From: Candidatus Eiseniibacteriota bacterium | GTDB lineage: Bacteria > Eisenbacteria > RBG-16-71-46 > JABDJR01 | NCBI GenBank assembly: GCA_963762255.1 | Contig: CAVXKA010000001.1 | Coordinates: 384,001 to 448,000, forward strand | Reading direction: 5' to 3' | Length of the DNA: 64,000 nt | Part shown: positions 1 to 9,191 of the stretch, piece by piece | How the letters are laid out: each line of letters opens with the position of its first letter | How positions within the stretch are numbered: the stretch's first letter is position 1 | Translations under genes and position numbers: made by a program | Notes under the pieces: model-generated | Databases searched by the model: none | Told to the model about the DNA's origin: nothing | What the model saw: only the letters and a program-made list of their open reading frames with translations

Positions 1-1554
1 CTCGATGCGGTACCGCGCGGCGTCGAACGATGCGCGGGCGCCGGAGTCGAGAATGTAGACCGCCCGTGATTCCGGCGAGGGCGCCGATTGCCCGGAGCGC
101 ACGCGCACCTCCACCGCGCGCGGCCACACCCGGCCTCCCGAGAGCACGCGGACTTGTGCGAGCTGGCGTCCGGGTACCCCCATCGCGATGACCTCGCGCC
201 CGGCGAGGTCGGCGGTGTCGAGCCGCGCCGCCAGCGCCGACGCCGGGTTCGCGCCCAGGATCGGCCGCACCCAGAGGTCGTAACCCACGGGCAGACAGAG
301 GACGAGCATCCCGGCCGCAGCGAAACGCACCGTATCCCCGCGATGCCGCGACCAGGCATGAAGGCCGAGCATCAGCGCGATCCACACACCGCCGAAGACC
401 GCCAGGCGGAGGTCGAGCCGAAACCCCGCCGCGACGCACAGGATCGCGACGGCGGCCACGAGCGTCAGGATCGCCGCGCCCGTCCTCAACATGATCCGGC
501 GGGCGGACACCTCGCGCGCGGCGGTCACCAGCACTGCAGCCAGCCATGCCGCGAGCAACGGATACGCGGGCAGGAGATATCGCGGTCTCGTCATGTTGCC
601 GATCGAGAAGATCACCAGCAAGAGCGCGCACCAGCCGAGAACGAAGAGCGACTCGGCGCGGAACTCGCCCACGAATCGCTTCAACGCGGCGCGCGCAGGT
701 CTCGCGCCGGCGACCGCGACCAGAGACCAAGGGAAGAAGATGAGGAACGGCGCGGCCAGATAGACGGCCGCGTGGCCCGCGCGCTCTCCCCAACTCATCG
801 TCAGCCGCGAGCCCACCTGGTCGGCGAAGAACCCCTGAATCGCGGCCACACCGTGTACCCCAGCGACCAGCACGAACCAGAACGCCGCGATCCCGAGTCC
901 CAACAGCATGGCGGGCACATGAACGAGCCGCCGCGGCCCGACGCCGCCGTGTCTGTGCATCATCCACGCGGCGATGAAGACGTAGGCGAGGAGCGCGACC
1001 CCGAGCATCCCCTTCGCGGCTATGGCGAGCCCGACCCCTCCGTAGCCCAGAACGAGATCGCGTCCGGAGCGTGTTCCTTCGAAGAGCGCGCGGGTGAAAC
1101 CCCAGAGCCCGAGCGTGATGCCCAGGCAGAGGAGGATGTCCGGGGTGGCCCGCATCGAGGCGCCGTGCAACTCGTCGTTCGAGACCAGCAGCACGACCGT
1201 CCCCAGCGCGGCGGTTTCGTCGCGGAACAGCGTCCGCGCGGTCAGGTACGCGAACCAGATGACGAGGCAACCCGCGATGAGGAACAGGATGCGCGAGGCG
1301 AACACGTTGATCCCGAGCACGCGGAAGCCGGCGGCGACCATCCAGTACGCAAGCCCGGGCTTGTTGAACCGGGGGGTTCCGTCGGCGAAGTGCGGCGTGA
1401 CGTAGTCGCCGGTCTGCACCATGCGGATGGCGGCGTCGGTGTAGTACTGCTCGTCAGGGTGCCCGCGCGTGACGCCTGCCAGGATGGGAAGGTGCAGGAC
1501 GAAGAAGAGTACGATGAGGGCAAGGGCCCAGGCGGCGTGCGATCCGGGTTTCAT
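1..1554 (-). CDS. ArnT/PMT-like (GT39/GT83) membrane glycosyltransferase, 3' end beyond window start
   Basis: Manual translation of the minus strand from ATG at 1554: MKPGSHAAWALALIVLFFVLHLPILAGVTRGHPDEQYYTDAAIRMVQTGDYVTPHFADGTPRFNKPGLAYWM..., with the DE motif and PRFNKP typical of ArnT-like proteins. Probably missing from the ORF track because its stop lies outside the window. Confidence 0.85.
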   Translation of the reverse strand, partial: MKPGSHAAWALALIVLFFVLHLPILAGVTRGHPDEQYYTDAAIRMVQTGDYVTPHFADGTPRFNKPGLAYWMVAAGFRVLGINVFASRILFLIAGCLVIWFAYLTARTLFRDETAALGTVVLLVSNDELHGASMRATPDILLCLGITLGLWGFTRALFEGTRSGRDLVLGYGGVGLAIAAKGMLGVALLAYVFIAAWMMHRHGGVGPRRLVHVPAMLLGLGIAAFWFVLVAGVHGVAAIQGFFADQVGSRLTMSWGERAGHAAVYLAAPFLIFFPWSLVAVAGARPARAALKRFVGEFRAESLFVLGWCALLLVIFSIGNMTRPRYLLPAYPLLAAWLAAVLVTAAREVSARRIMLRTGAAILTLVAAVAILCVAAGFRLDLRLAVFGGVWIALMLGLHAWSRHRGDTVRFAAAGMLVLCLPVGYDLWVRPILGANPASALAARLDTADLAGREVIAMGVPGRQLAQVRVLSGGRVWPRAVEVRVRSGQSAPSPESRAVYILDSGARASFDAARYRIE

Positions 1555-1600
1555 GAGGCGTAACACTCTAGCCGCCCCACCGCCTCCGCGAAAGGGCGAG

Positions 1601-4225
1601 TCAGTCCTTCGGCTGCAGTAGCTCCCGGAAGGGGGCAGTCCCCCACAGCGGCTCCAGATCAATTTCCCGGTGCACCCCGAGGCTGTAGGGCACCCCGGCC
1701 GCGAAGGACTCGCGAAGCAAACCGACCGCTTCGTCGCCGTCGCCGAGGACGGCGGCGATGCACGCGCGGCGATAGGTGTTTGCACCGAAGAGATGGTCCC
1801 CGGTCATTCGCTTGAGCTCATCCGCCGCGCGCATCGCATCCTCGCGGTTCCCGAGACGCGCGGCCAACGCGCCGTGAATGCCCAGGCAGCGCAGGTTCGC
1901 GGGCTGCGTCTCGAGCAGAACAAGGCAGACCGAGTCCGCCTCCCCCCAGTGCTCTCCCCACCGCATTGCGTCGAGGAGACCATCGAGCAAGTCCGCATTC
2001 CCTGCCGCGCCCACCAGCTTTCCGCGATACCACGACGCGGCCCGGTCGGCGATCCCGAGGGAGGCATCACGATTCCCGTGGGCGCGCAGCTCCGCGGCGG
2101 CCACGAGCGCCACCGCACCAGGCTCGTCGCCGGCGGAAGCCGTTCCGAGGCACTCGTCCACCACGCGATCGACCTCCTCCGGACGATCGAGCGCGGCCAG
2201 GGCCTCCGCTTCGATGTCCCGCAGATCGAACGGCCCCGCCCCCGCGGATCGCCCTCGGTGCGCCTCCTCCAACTCGCGGCGGTACTCCCCAAGTAGGTGC
2301 AGGGCGACGCAGAGGTTGCCGGTCCATGTGACGCCCATGGCAAGTCCCACCCAAGGCCGCGTGCCGAATCTGTCGTATGTATCCACGGTCTGTCGCGGGT
2401 GATTGCTGAGCCGGGCCATGTACCCAACCCAGAGCGCGATCATCGGATCCTCGGGGGCTAGTTTCTGCGCGAGGCGCGCTTGCTGCAGCGCCTCCGCGAA
2501 ACGCTGATTCGTATACGCGACGAAGACGTCCAGCCAGTACCGCCCGAGGGGCGGGGCCTGATCCCGCATCCCGCCCAGTTCACGCAGGATCTCGTCCACC
2601 CGCGCATGGTCGCCAGCCGTATGAAGGATGAATCCCGCGTAGAACAGGGGAGCCAGGAACGACGGATCGAGTTGCGCAGCCCGATCGAAATGCTCGAGCG
2701 CCTTCGCGTCGTCGGTGAGGAACAGCTCGAAGCCGAGAATGAACTCACGATAGGCGTCGTAGCGCGGCGGGCGCTGAACGACGATGCTGTAGTCGGATCC
2801 CCAGTCGACGGCCATCGCGCCCATCACCTGCTGGCGGAGCGCGTCGATCGCCTCCATCGGCGCGCTCCGGTGGGCACTCACGGGATCGAGCGCATGCCGC
2901 AGCGTGCCGTGCACGGCGTCGGTGATCTCGGCCTGGAAGCGCAGCGTGTCTCCCTGCAAGTAGTACGTCCCTGAGACCACCGTTCCGGCACCGGAGGCCT
3001 CCGCCAGCGCCCGTATTGGATCGCGCGCGGCCGCTGCCGCGGAAACCACCGAGGCTCCCGCGAAGAGCACCGTGGTGCTCGGGGCAACCTGGATGCCCTC
3101 TACGCGCGAGAGGCCCTGGGTGATCCAATCGGACACCATACGCCCGAGGGGATCGAGACTCGTGTCACCGGTCTGATTCTCGAACACCGCCACCGCGATG
3201 CGCTTGGGCACAAGGTTCGTGGAGGGTGTGTCATGCCGGCCGCGAGATCGAATGAAGACTCCGATCGTGATCGCCGCAGCGATCGCTATTGCGCCCGCCG
3301 CGAGCAGCACGGCGGCACGGCTGCGCTTCGACGGGACACCCGCGGGTTCGGGTCGGGATCCGGTGGAACGCGTCGCGGCGGAGTTCAAGGCAAAGGCCAA
3401 GTCGCGCGCCGATTGGAACCGCTCGGCTGGGTTCTTCTCCATACAGCGGCGCACGATGGACTCGAGGCCGGCCGGAAGGGCGGCGATACCCTGCGGCACG
3501 ATGGGCGGAGGATCCTCCTTCAGGATCGCGCTGATCGTATCCGCGGGCGAGGACCCGTGGAATGCGCGCTTTCCGGTGAGCAATTCGTAGAGGACGGCGC
3601 CGAGGGTGAAGATATCCGTGCGCGGGTCCACCGGCTCCCCACGCACCTGCTCCGGCGACATATACCCGGTCGTGCCCACGACCGACCCCGGCTCAGAGCG
3701 CACAGCCATCGTCGGAGACCGCGAGTGCCGATCGTCGAAGACCAACTCCGCCGCCGACGCCAACCCGAAGTCCAGGATCTTCACGTGTCCGTCCTTCGAC
3801 AGGAACACGTTCTCAGGCTTGAGATCCCGGTGCACGATCCCCTTCTCGTGCGCCGCGGCAAGACCCTTCGCAATCTGGGCGCCGATCTCCGCCGCCTTGC
3901 GCGGGGCGATGGCCCCCGCCTTGAGCCGCTCGCGTAGCGTCTCGCCCTCCAGGAGTTCCATCACCGCGAAGGTCGTGCCTTCGTGGACGCCGAAATCATG
4001 GATGGCAAGGATGTTCGGGTGCGAGAGCGCGGCCACAGCCTTCGCCTCACGCTCAAAACGACTGATTCGGTCGGGATCCTTGGCGAGGGCGGGCGCGATG
4101 ACCTTCAGAGCGACGTCGCGCTCCAACCTGGCGTCACGGGCGCGGTAGACCTCGCCCATTCCGCCGGCGCCAAGGAGGCCGACGATCTCGTAGGGTCCGA
4201 GCCGGGTTCCGGCTGGGAGAGCCAT
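1601..4225 (-). CDS. Hanks-type Ser/Thr protein kinase with TM helix, TolB-N-like domain and TPR-like region
   Basis: GAGGMGEVY, VALK, HRDLKPEN, DFG and YMSPEQ kinase motifs, then a hydrophobic helix, IAVAVFENQTGD and helical repeats. Confidence 0.92.
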   Translation of the reverse strand: MALPAGTRLGPYEIVGLLGAGGMGEVYRARDARLERDVALKVIAPALAKDPDRISRFEREAKAVAALSHPNILAIHDFGVHEGTTFAVMELLEGETLRERLKAGAIAPRKAAEIGAQIAKGLAAAHEKGIVHRDLKPENVFLSKDGHVKILDFGLASAAELVFDDRHSRSPTMAVRSEPGSVVGTTGYMSPEQVRGEPVDPRTDIFTLGAVLYELLTGKRAFHGSSPADTISAILKEDPPPIVPQGIAALPAGLESIVRRCMEKNPAERFQSARDLAFALNSAATRSTGSRPEPAGVPSKRSRAAVLLAAGAIAIAAAITIGVFIRSRGRHDTPSTNLVPKRIAVAVFENQTGDTSLDPLGRMVSDWITQGLSRVEGIQVAPSTTVLFAGASVVSAAAAARDPIRALAEASGAGTVVSGTYYLQGDTLRFQAEITDAVHGTLRHALDPVSAHRSAPMEAIDALRQQVMGAMAVDWGSDYSIVVQRPPRYDAYREFILGFELFLTDDAKALEHFDRAAQLDPSFLAPLFYAGFILHTAGDHARVDEILRELGGMRDQAPPLGRYWLDVFVAYTNQRFAEALQQARLAQKLAPEDPMIALWVGYMARLSNHPRQTVDTYDRFGTRPWVGLAMGVTWTGNLCVALHLLGEYRRELEEAHRGRSAGAGPFDLRDIEAEALAALDRPEEVDRVVDECLGTASAGDEPGAVALVAAAELRAHGNRDASLGIADRAASWYRGKLVGAAGNADLLDGLLDAMRWGEHWGEADSVCLVLLETQPANLRCLGIHGALAARLGNREDAMRAADELKRMTGDHLFGANTYRRACIAAVLGDGDEAVGLLRESFAAGVPYSLGVHREIDLEPLWGTAPFRELLQPKD

Positions 4226-4318
4226 GGGCGAGACACTACGACCGCAGGCGGTCGCCGTGCAATCCGATTGCGCGCGGGGCGCGGTCAGCGCGGCGCGACC
4301 GGGGACGCGCTCGAGCGC

Positions 4319-5767
4319 TCACCGCAACACGACAAGCGGTCGCGCGACGCGCCGGCCTTCCGCCTCCAAGGTGACGACATAGCGCCCGGATGCGACAGGG
4401 ACCCGCGCGTCGTCGCGCAGATCCCACGCGAGGCGTTGCTCGCCCGCGTCCGACCAGCCGGAGTGCAACAGTCGCACGACTCGTCCAGCCACGTCGTGTA
4501 TCTGAACGCGCGTGTCGCCGGCGCGCTCCAGCCGGAACGCGATCGTGGTTGCACTGTGCGCCGGATGCGGCGCCGTGGCATGCAGCGCGAGCCCCGCCGA
4601 GGGCGCGACGACCGGTACTGCCGTGACCTCTCCCCCCCGCAGTACGGCCACGCGCCGCGACTCGTGGAGCGCGGCGACCAAGTCGGGCCAGTCGTCGGAG
4701 TTCACGTCGCCCACCGCGACCGAGGCTACCGGCTCCCCGAGCGACATCACGGTGTCAAGGGTGAACGCTCCCGCGTCGTTGATGAGCAGCGCGATCGTCC
4801 CGGTCGGACCGGCGGTGACGATGTCGAGATCCTCGTCCAGATCCACATCGGCCACAGCGAACGTCGAGAGCGGCGCTCCTACCGGCACCACAGTCGGCGC
4901 CAGGTAGGGCGTCTGACCGTCGCTTGGGTACACAGAGACCACGCCGCCTGCCGGACCGCTCGAGGCCACCACCAGGTCGTACCAGCCGTTGGCCGTGATC
5001 TCCGCAATCGTCACCGCCTTCGGCACCGCCTCCGCGGCGAGCGAGTCGGCGAGGTAGTAGTAATAGCGCTCGTAGTACTCGTACTCTGCGGTGAGCAGCG
5101 TCACGCGCCCCGGGTCCGCGCCCGGGTTCCCGTTGGCCACGACCGCATCGCCGACGCCGTCGTAGTTGAAGTCGATGGATGCGATCCCGCAGGGAGATGG
5201 ACCGGCCGCACCACTCGTGCGCCAGAAGAAGTTGCGCTCCCCGTCCGCTTCGTAATGCGTGAGCATCCCCGAGGCCCCTGCGGTCTCGAACCCGGGGGCC
5301 ACCCCCCAGAAGCCCTGGGAAATCGTGATGGCGCAGGGACCGGCGCTGGTGGGATAGGAGACCGGCGCTTCGAAGCCGGCGCCGGTTACGCCGAACAGCA
5401 CGGATGCGGTATTGGACAAGGAGTCCGCGGTCACCACGTCGAGGTCGTTGTCGGCGTCGAAGTCGACGATCGCCATCGCCACCGGATGCGCGCCGGTCGC
5501 ATAGGCAACCGGTGTCGAGAAGACGCCGCCGCCGTCTCCCGTGAGCACGGTCACCACGCTCGTGCTGTCGTTGGAGGTGACCACATCGAGCGTGCTGTTT
5601 CCGTCGAGGTCCGCGAGCGCCACCGCGCGCGGGGCCGGACCCACGGGCCAGTACGCGGGCGTGCCGAAGAGGAGGCCGGCGTGGGCGGGGGCGTGCGCGC
5701 CCAAGAGAAGCGCGATTGCGACGGTCGCGCCTACGCCGCGCAGGGCAGAGAGCATCACGTAGTTCAT
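4319..5767 (-). CDS. Secreted FG-GAP/VCBS repeat protein with C-terminal FlgD-Ig-like (secretion CTD-like) domain
   Basis: Signal peptide; repeated DxDGxxDxV motifs (ADLDGNSTLDVV, DFDADNDLDVV, DVNSDDWPDLV); C-terminal IHDVAGRVVR..WDLRDD..ASGRYVV. Confidence 0.85.
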   Translation of the reverse strand: MNYVMLSALRGVGATVAIALLLGAHAPAHAGLLFGTPAYWPVGPAPRAVALADLDGNSTLDVVTSNDSTSVVTVLTGDGGGVFSTPVAYATGAHPVAMAIVDFDADNDLDVVTADSLSNTASVLFGVTGAGFEAPVSYPTSAGPCAITISQGFWGVAPGFETAGASGMLTHYEADGERNFFWRTSGAAGPSPCGIASIDFNYDGVGDAVVANGNPGADPGRVTLLTAEYEYYERYYYYLADSLAAEAVPKAVTIAEITANGWYDLVVASSGPAGGVVSVYPSDGQTPYLAPTVVPVGAPLSTFAVADVDLDEDLDIVTAGPTGTIALLINDAGAFTLDTVMSLGEPVASVAVGDVNSDDWPDLVAALHESRRVAVLRGGEVTAVPVVAPSAGLALHATAPHPAHSATTIAFRLERAGDTRVQIHDVAGRVVRLLHSGWSDAGEQRLAWDLRDDARVPVASGRYVVTLEAEGRRVARPLVVLR

Positions 5768-5890
5768 GTCACGTACCTCCGGCTGTGGAAGTCGTGGGCA
5801 TCATACCTATTCGGGCGCGCATGAGGGAAGCGAGGCCCGATCGTCTGTTAGAATGCGCTTCTCGAAGTCTTCAACCGCCACGAACGACAA

Positions 5891-6598
5891 GTGACGCCCA
5901 TGAACACACACCCTAGCCGCTGCACCGTCTGCCAGTCTCAACCGCCCGGTTTTGCCTGTGGCCTCAATCCCCGGGTTCAAGCCGCCGTCGGTACGGCAAC
6001 GGTCACGCAGGCGTATCGTCGCGGGCAGACCGTCTTCCTCGCGGGAACACCTGCCAGCGCGCTCTACGTCGTTCATTCCGGCCAGGTCAAGATCTTCCGC
6101 GGCGGACTCGGGGGGGAAGTTCAGGTGATCCGGGTGCTCGGGCCGGGTGAGATCCTCGGGTACCGCCCCCTGCTGGCAAATGAGCTATACGCTTCCAGCG
6201 GTGAGGCGGTCGAGGATTCCGCCCTCTGCGTCATTCCCGCGGCGATCGTCCGCGATCTCTTGCGCGACATCCCCGAGTTCGCGATCGAACTCCTCGCCAA
6301 GCTGGCGCGCGAGCTGCGTGTGTCCGAGGACTTGATGATGGGTCTTCTCCACCATCCGGTCCGCAGGCGTGCCGCCCGGGTGCTCCTCGCCCTGCTCGAA
6401 GATAATCGGCACGCGTCCGACCCGATGATCCTCCGGACCCGCCACCTCCGCCGTCAGGACATGGCGCGCATGATCGGGACGACGCCCGAGACCTTCTCTC
6501 GTGTGCTGCGGGACTTCTGCCAGCGCGGGATGGTCTCCCTCTCGCGCGACCACATCCGTGTCCGCGACATGGATCTGCTCAAGAAGGCGGCCGGGTAG
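5891..6598 (+). CDS. Crp/Fnr family transcriptional regulator (FNR-like Cys cluster)
   Basis: cNMP-binding fold (LYVVHSGQVK..GPGEILG), HTH with GTTPETFSR, N-terminal CxxC-x8-C and a central Cys. Confidence 0.9.
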   Translation: MTPMNTHPSRCTVCQSQPPGFACGLNPRVQAAVGTATVTQAYRRGQTVFLAGTPASALYVVHSGQVKIFRGGLGGEVQVIRVLGPGEILGYRPLLANELYASSGEAVEDSALCVIPAAIVRDLLRDIPEFAIELLAKLARELRVSEDLMMGLLHHPVRRRAARVLLALLEDNRHASDPMILRTRHLRRQDMARMIGTTPETFSRVLRDFCQRGMVSLSRDHIRVRDMDLLKKAAG

Positions 6599-6776
6599 GC
6601 CCGTCGAGCCCGCCCGCGCGGATCCGACCACCCACCTCGCTCAGCGGCTGATCTCAGCCGCGGTTGCGTCGAATCGCCCGGGCAGCATGGGTGCCGAGCA
6701 TCGTGACAGCGCCCGACTGCCCTCGCAGGACGATAGGGCACAAGCAGTTGAGTATTTGAGCCCCAACCTCGCAAGA

Positions 6777-6792
6777 TGGATCCGGAATTGCA
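6777..6792 (+). promoter_or_regulatory. Putative sigma54 (-24/-12) promoter of the GEWQW-bearing lipoprotein
   Basis: TGGATCCGGAATTGCA has GG and TTGCA at the exact spacing of TGGCAC-N5-TTGCW. An IHF-like CAA-N4-TTG (CAAGCAGTTG) lies at 6741-6750. Confidence 0.6.
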
Positions 6793-6835
6793 TATCTCAC
6801 AGTCGGGGGCAGCAAAACAAGCAGATGAGGCAACC

Positions 6836-7507
6836 ATGAGAACGATGAGAAAGACACCGATGCTTCTAGCCCTCTTCGGGCTCGCCCTTGCGGCGTGGGT
6901 CGTTCTCCCCGGTTGCGGGGGGGAGAATGACCTGGTCACATCTCCCTCCGCCTCCCAATGGGCGAGCGGCGATCCCGCCAGCTTCTCCCCGCCTGAAGGA
7001 GGCCTGACTGATAGAAGGATAGTGGGGGGAACTCATTTCGCCACCTGGACTCTTGTGGCCAGCGGCTGGGTGACCCCCGAGGCGTCCGTCAAAGTGGAAG
7101 GCTCGCGCTACTCGCTGAAGTTCCCGAAGGGAGGCGTAGCGAAGCGAGAGTTCATCACCATCTGCGAGCGCGACCCGATGGTGGCCGACGTGGAGTTTGG
7201 ACCGCATGGGACATGGTTCGTCATTCCCGTGGAAGTGACGATCGATTACAAGGGAACCTCCAACGACCCCGAATCGAAGAACTACAACGGGATGGAGCCC
7301 GCGGTCTTCTGGTACGACCCGGTGGCGCGGGCCTGGCAGCCCATCCCTTTCACGGCGGACAAAAATCTCAAGAAGGTCACGTTCTACCTGGAGCACTTCT
7401 CCCGCTACGCACTGCAGGGCGCGACCGATGACGGCGAGTGGCAGTGGACGCGAACCGGGAAGCAAACCGAAGACCCCTTGGGCGAGGGCCCGTCAGATCT
7501 GAATTGA
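6836..7507 (+). CDS. Lipoprotein with ZU5-like beta domain and C-terminal GEWQW motif
   Basis: ATG 6836 after GAGG; lipobox LPGC; FGPHGTWFVIPVEVTI and EHFSRYAL segments; tail DDGEWQWTRTG. Confidence 0.8.
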   Translation: MRTMRKTPMLLALFGLALAAWVVLPGCGGENDLVTSPSASQWASGDPASFSPPEGGLTDRRIVGGTHFATWTLVASGWVTPEASVKVEGSRYSLKFPKGGVAKREFITICERDPMVADVEFGPHGTWFVIPVEVTIDYKGTSNDPESKNYNGMEPAVFWYDPVARAWQPIPFTADKNLKKVTFYLEHFSRYALQGATDDGEWQWTRTGKQTEDPLGEGPSDLN

Positions 7508-7529
7508 GATAGAACCTCTGTCCTGTGCG

Positions 7530-7567
7530 GCGGCAAGGGGCCGGCTTCACTGCCGGCCCCTTGCCGC
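7530..7567. terminator. Hairpin terminator between convergent genes
   Basis: Perfect 16-bp stem GCGGCAAGGGGCCGGC / GCCGGCCCCTTGCCGC with loop TTCACT. Confidence 0.75.
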
Positions 7568-7579
7568 GCCCCCCCCCGA

Positions 7580-8917
7580 TTACGCCGCCCCGCCGGGGCT
7601 CCTCCTCAACGCCTCGAAGCGCGGGAGACCGTGCAGCGACTCCAGGTCCGAATCGTTCTCCATCCATCCTCGCCACAACTCGCCGTGCACGACGGTCTTC
7701 TCCAGGCAGTCGATCGCCCGCTCGGCGTTGCCCAGCAGGGCGTACACACAGGCGACGTTGTAGAGAACCTGGGGTTCATCCGGGTCGATCGCCAGCGCCC
7801 GCTCGGCCCACTTGTGGGCCTCGTCCAAGCGCTCGCCCAGTTGGCACAGCGCGATCGCGCTGAAGTACAGGGCGCGGGTCTGGCCGGGGTTCACCTCGAG
7901 GTGCTTCTGCGCCAGCTCGACACACCGGCGATATGTGGCGTCCGATTCCGCCTTCAGGCCGAGACCGCGAAGCGCGCTGCCCAGCAGCGCGGGCGCCTGG
8001 TAATCCTCGGGGTCAGCCTCGCACGCGCGGCGAAACCAGTACACGGCGTGGTCCTTCTTGCCCTGCGCGTAGAACCCCCGCCCGAAGAAGTAGTAGGCCT
8101 CGAACAGCGTGGGGTCCAGACGGATCGCGGTCCGGAACTCCCGTTCCGCTTCCTCGTAGTTCTTGCGCAACGACACCGCGACGCCGCGCGCGACGTGCGC
8201 CTCGGCGAGTTCCCCGTCCAATTCCACCGCCCTGCGGCTGGCGCGATCGGCCGCCTCAATGCTCTCCTCGTTCGAGTCCCAAAACATGCACAGATAGGAA
8301 TGACAATCCGCAAGACCTGCGTGCGCGCCGGCGTACTCGGGATCGATCTCGATGGCGCGCTCGAACATCCGGCGCGCGAACTCGATGCTCTTCCGCCTGA
8401 ACTGGCGGAAGTACTGGCGGCCTTGCAGACCAAATTCGTACGCCTCGACGCTGGTGGTGGGCGCCTTGGCGATCGCCCGCCGCTCCTCCTCGCTGAGAAC
8501 GACCTTCAACGTCTCCGTGATGGCCTGCGCGATCTCGGCCTGTATGGCGAAGACATCCTCGATCTCCCGATCGAATCGTTCCGCCCAGATCGTGCGCGCG
8601 CTCTGCGTTTCCACCAACTGCACCGACAGGCGCAGGTGGTTCTTGGCCCGCCGCAGACTACCCTCCAGGACAAACGCCGCGTCGAGTTCGCGACCGGCCT
8701 GGACAGCGTCGATCGGTTTGTCGCGGAGGGGGCGCACCGAGGAGAGCGACATCACCGAGAGACCGCTGATTCGCGAGAGTTCGATGATGACGTCCTCGGT
8801 CACTCCATCGCGGAAATACTCATCTGTCTTCGATCCACCCGGATTCTGGAAATACAGAACGGCCAGGGAGGTTCCGGCCTTGCTCGCTCCCCCGCCCGCC
8901 AACCACGGCGACTCCAT
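7580..8917 (-). CDS. TolB-N-like plus TPR protein (stand-alone adenylate cyclase/kinase-associated sensory module)
   Basis: SLAVLYFQN..YFRDGVTEDVIIELSRI..VLEGSLRR..WAERFDRE..FAIQ motif set followed by TPRs and LYNVACVYAL. Confidence 0.85.
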   Translation of the reverse strand: MESPWLAGGGASKAGTSLAVLYFQNPGGSKTDEYFRDGVTEDVIIELSRISGLSVMSLSSVRPLRDKPIDAVQAGRELDAAFVLEGSLRRAKNHLRLSVQLVETQSARTIWAERFDREIEDVFAIQAEIAQAITETLKVVLSEEERRAIAKAPTTSVEAYEFGLQGRQYFRQFRRKSIEFARRMFERAIEIDPEYAGAHAGLADCHSYLCMFWDSNEESIEAADRASRRAVELDGELAEAHVARGVAVSLRKNYEEAEREFRTAIRLDPTLFEAYYFFGRGFYAQGKKDHAVYWFRRACEADPEDYQAPALLGSALRGLGLKAESDATYRRCVELAQKHLEVNPGQTRALYFSAIALCQLGERLDEAHKWAERALAIDPDEPQVLYNVACVYALLGNAERAIDCLEKTVVHGELWRGWMENDSDLESLHGLPRFEALRRSPGGAA

Positions 8918-9191
8918 GACGACCTCATCCTGCGTGTCAGCCCCACGACGTCTCTCCCGAAAAGGATGTCACGATTCCGGGGGCCTGGAAACGGGAACAG
9001 CGACCACGCCTTCCTGCCCGCGCGCGGAAGCGGCGGGGGGAGCTTCGGGGCCAACACATTACTTTTCTAGTCATTTATCCTCTTTACGCTAGCCGATCTT
9101 TATGGTAAATTCTGCGTGATCCTGCGTGTCGCGAACCCCAGGTCGGGGCTCGCCAAGTCGTCCACTTCTCCCCCGTAAAAGGAGCCCCCCC

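Noticed and set aside
88-1563. 491-aa plus-strand ORF and other long antisense ORFs (e.g. 3983-5824, 15128-16720, 27065-29074, 44269-46536, 62042-63409)
   Set aside because: These are Arg/His/Gly-rich shadow frames of clear genes on the opposite strand, expected at high GC.
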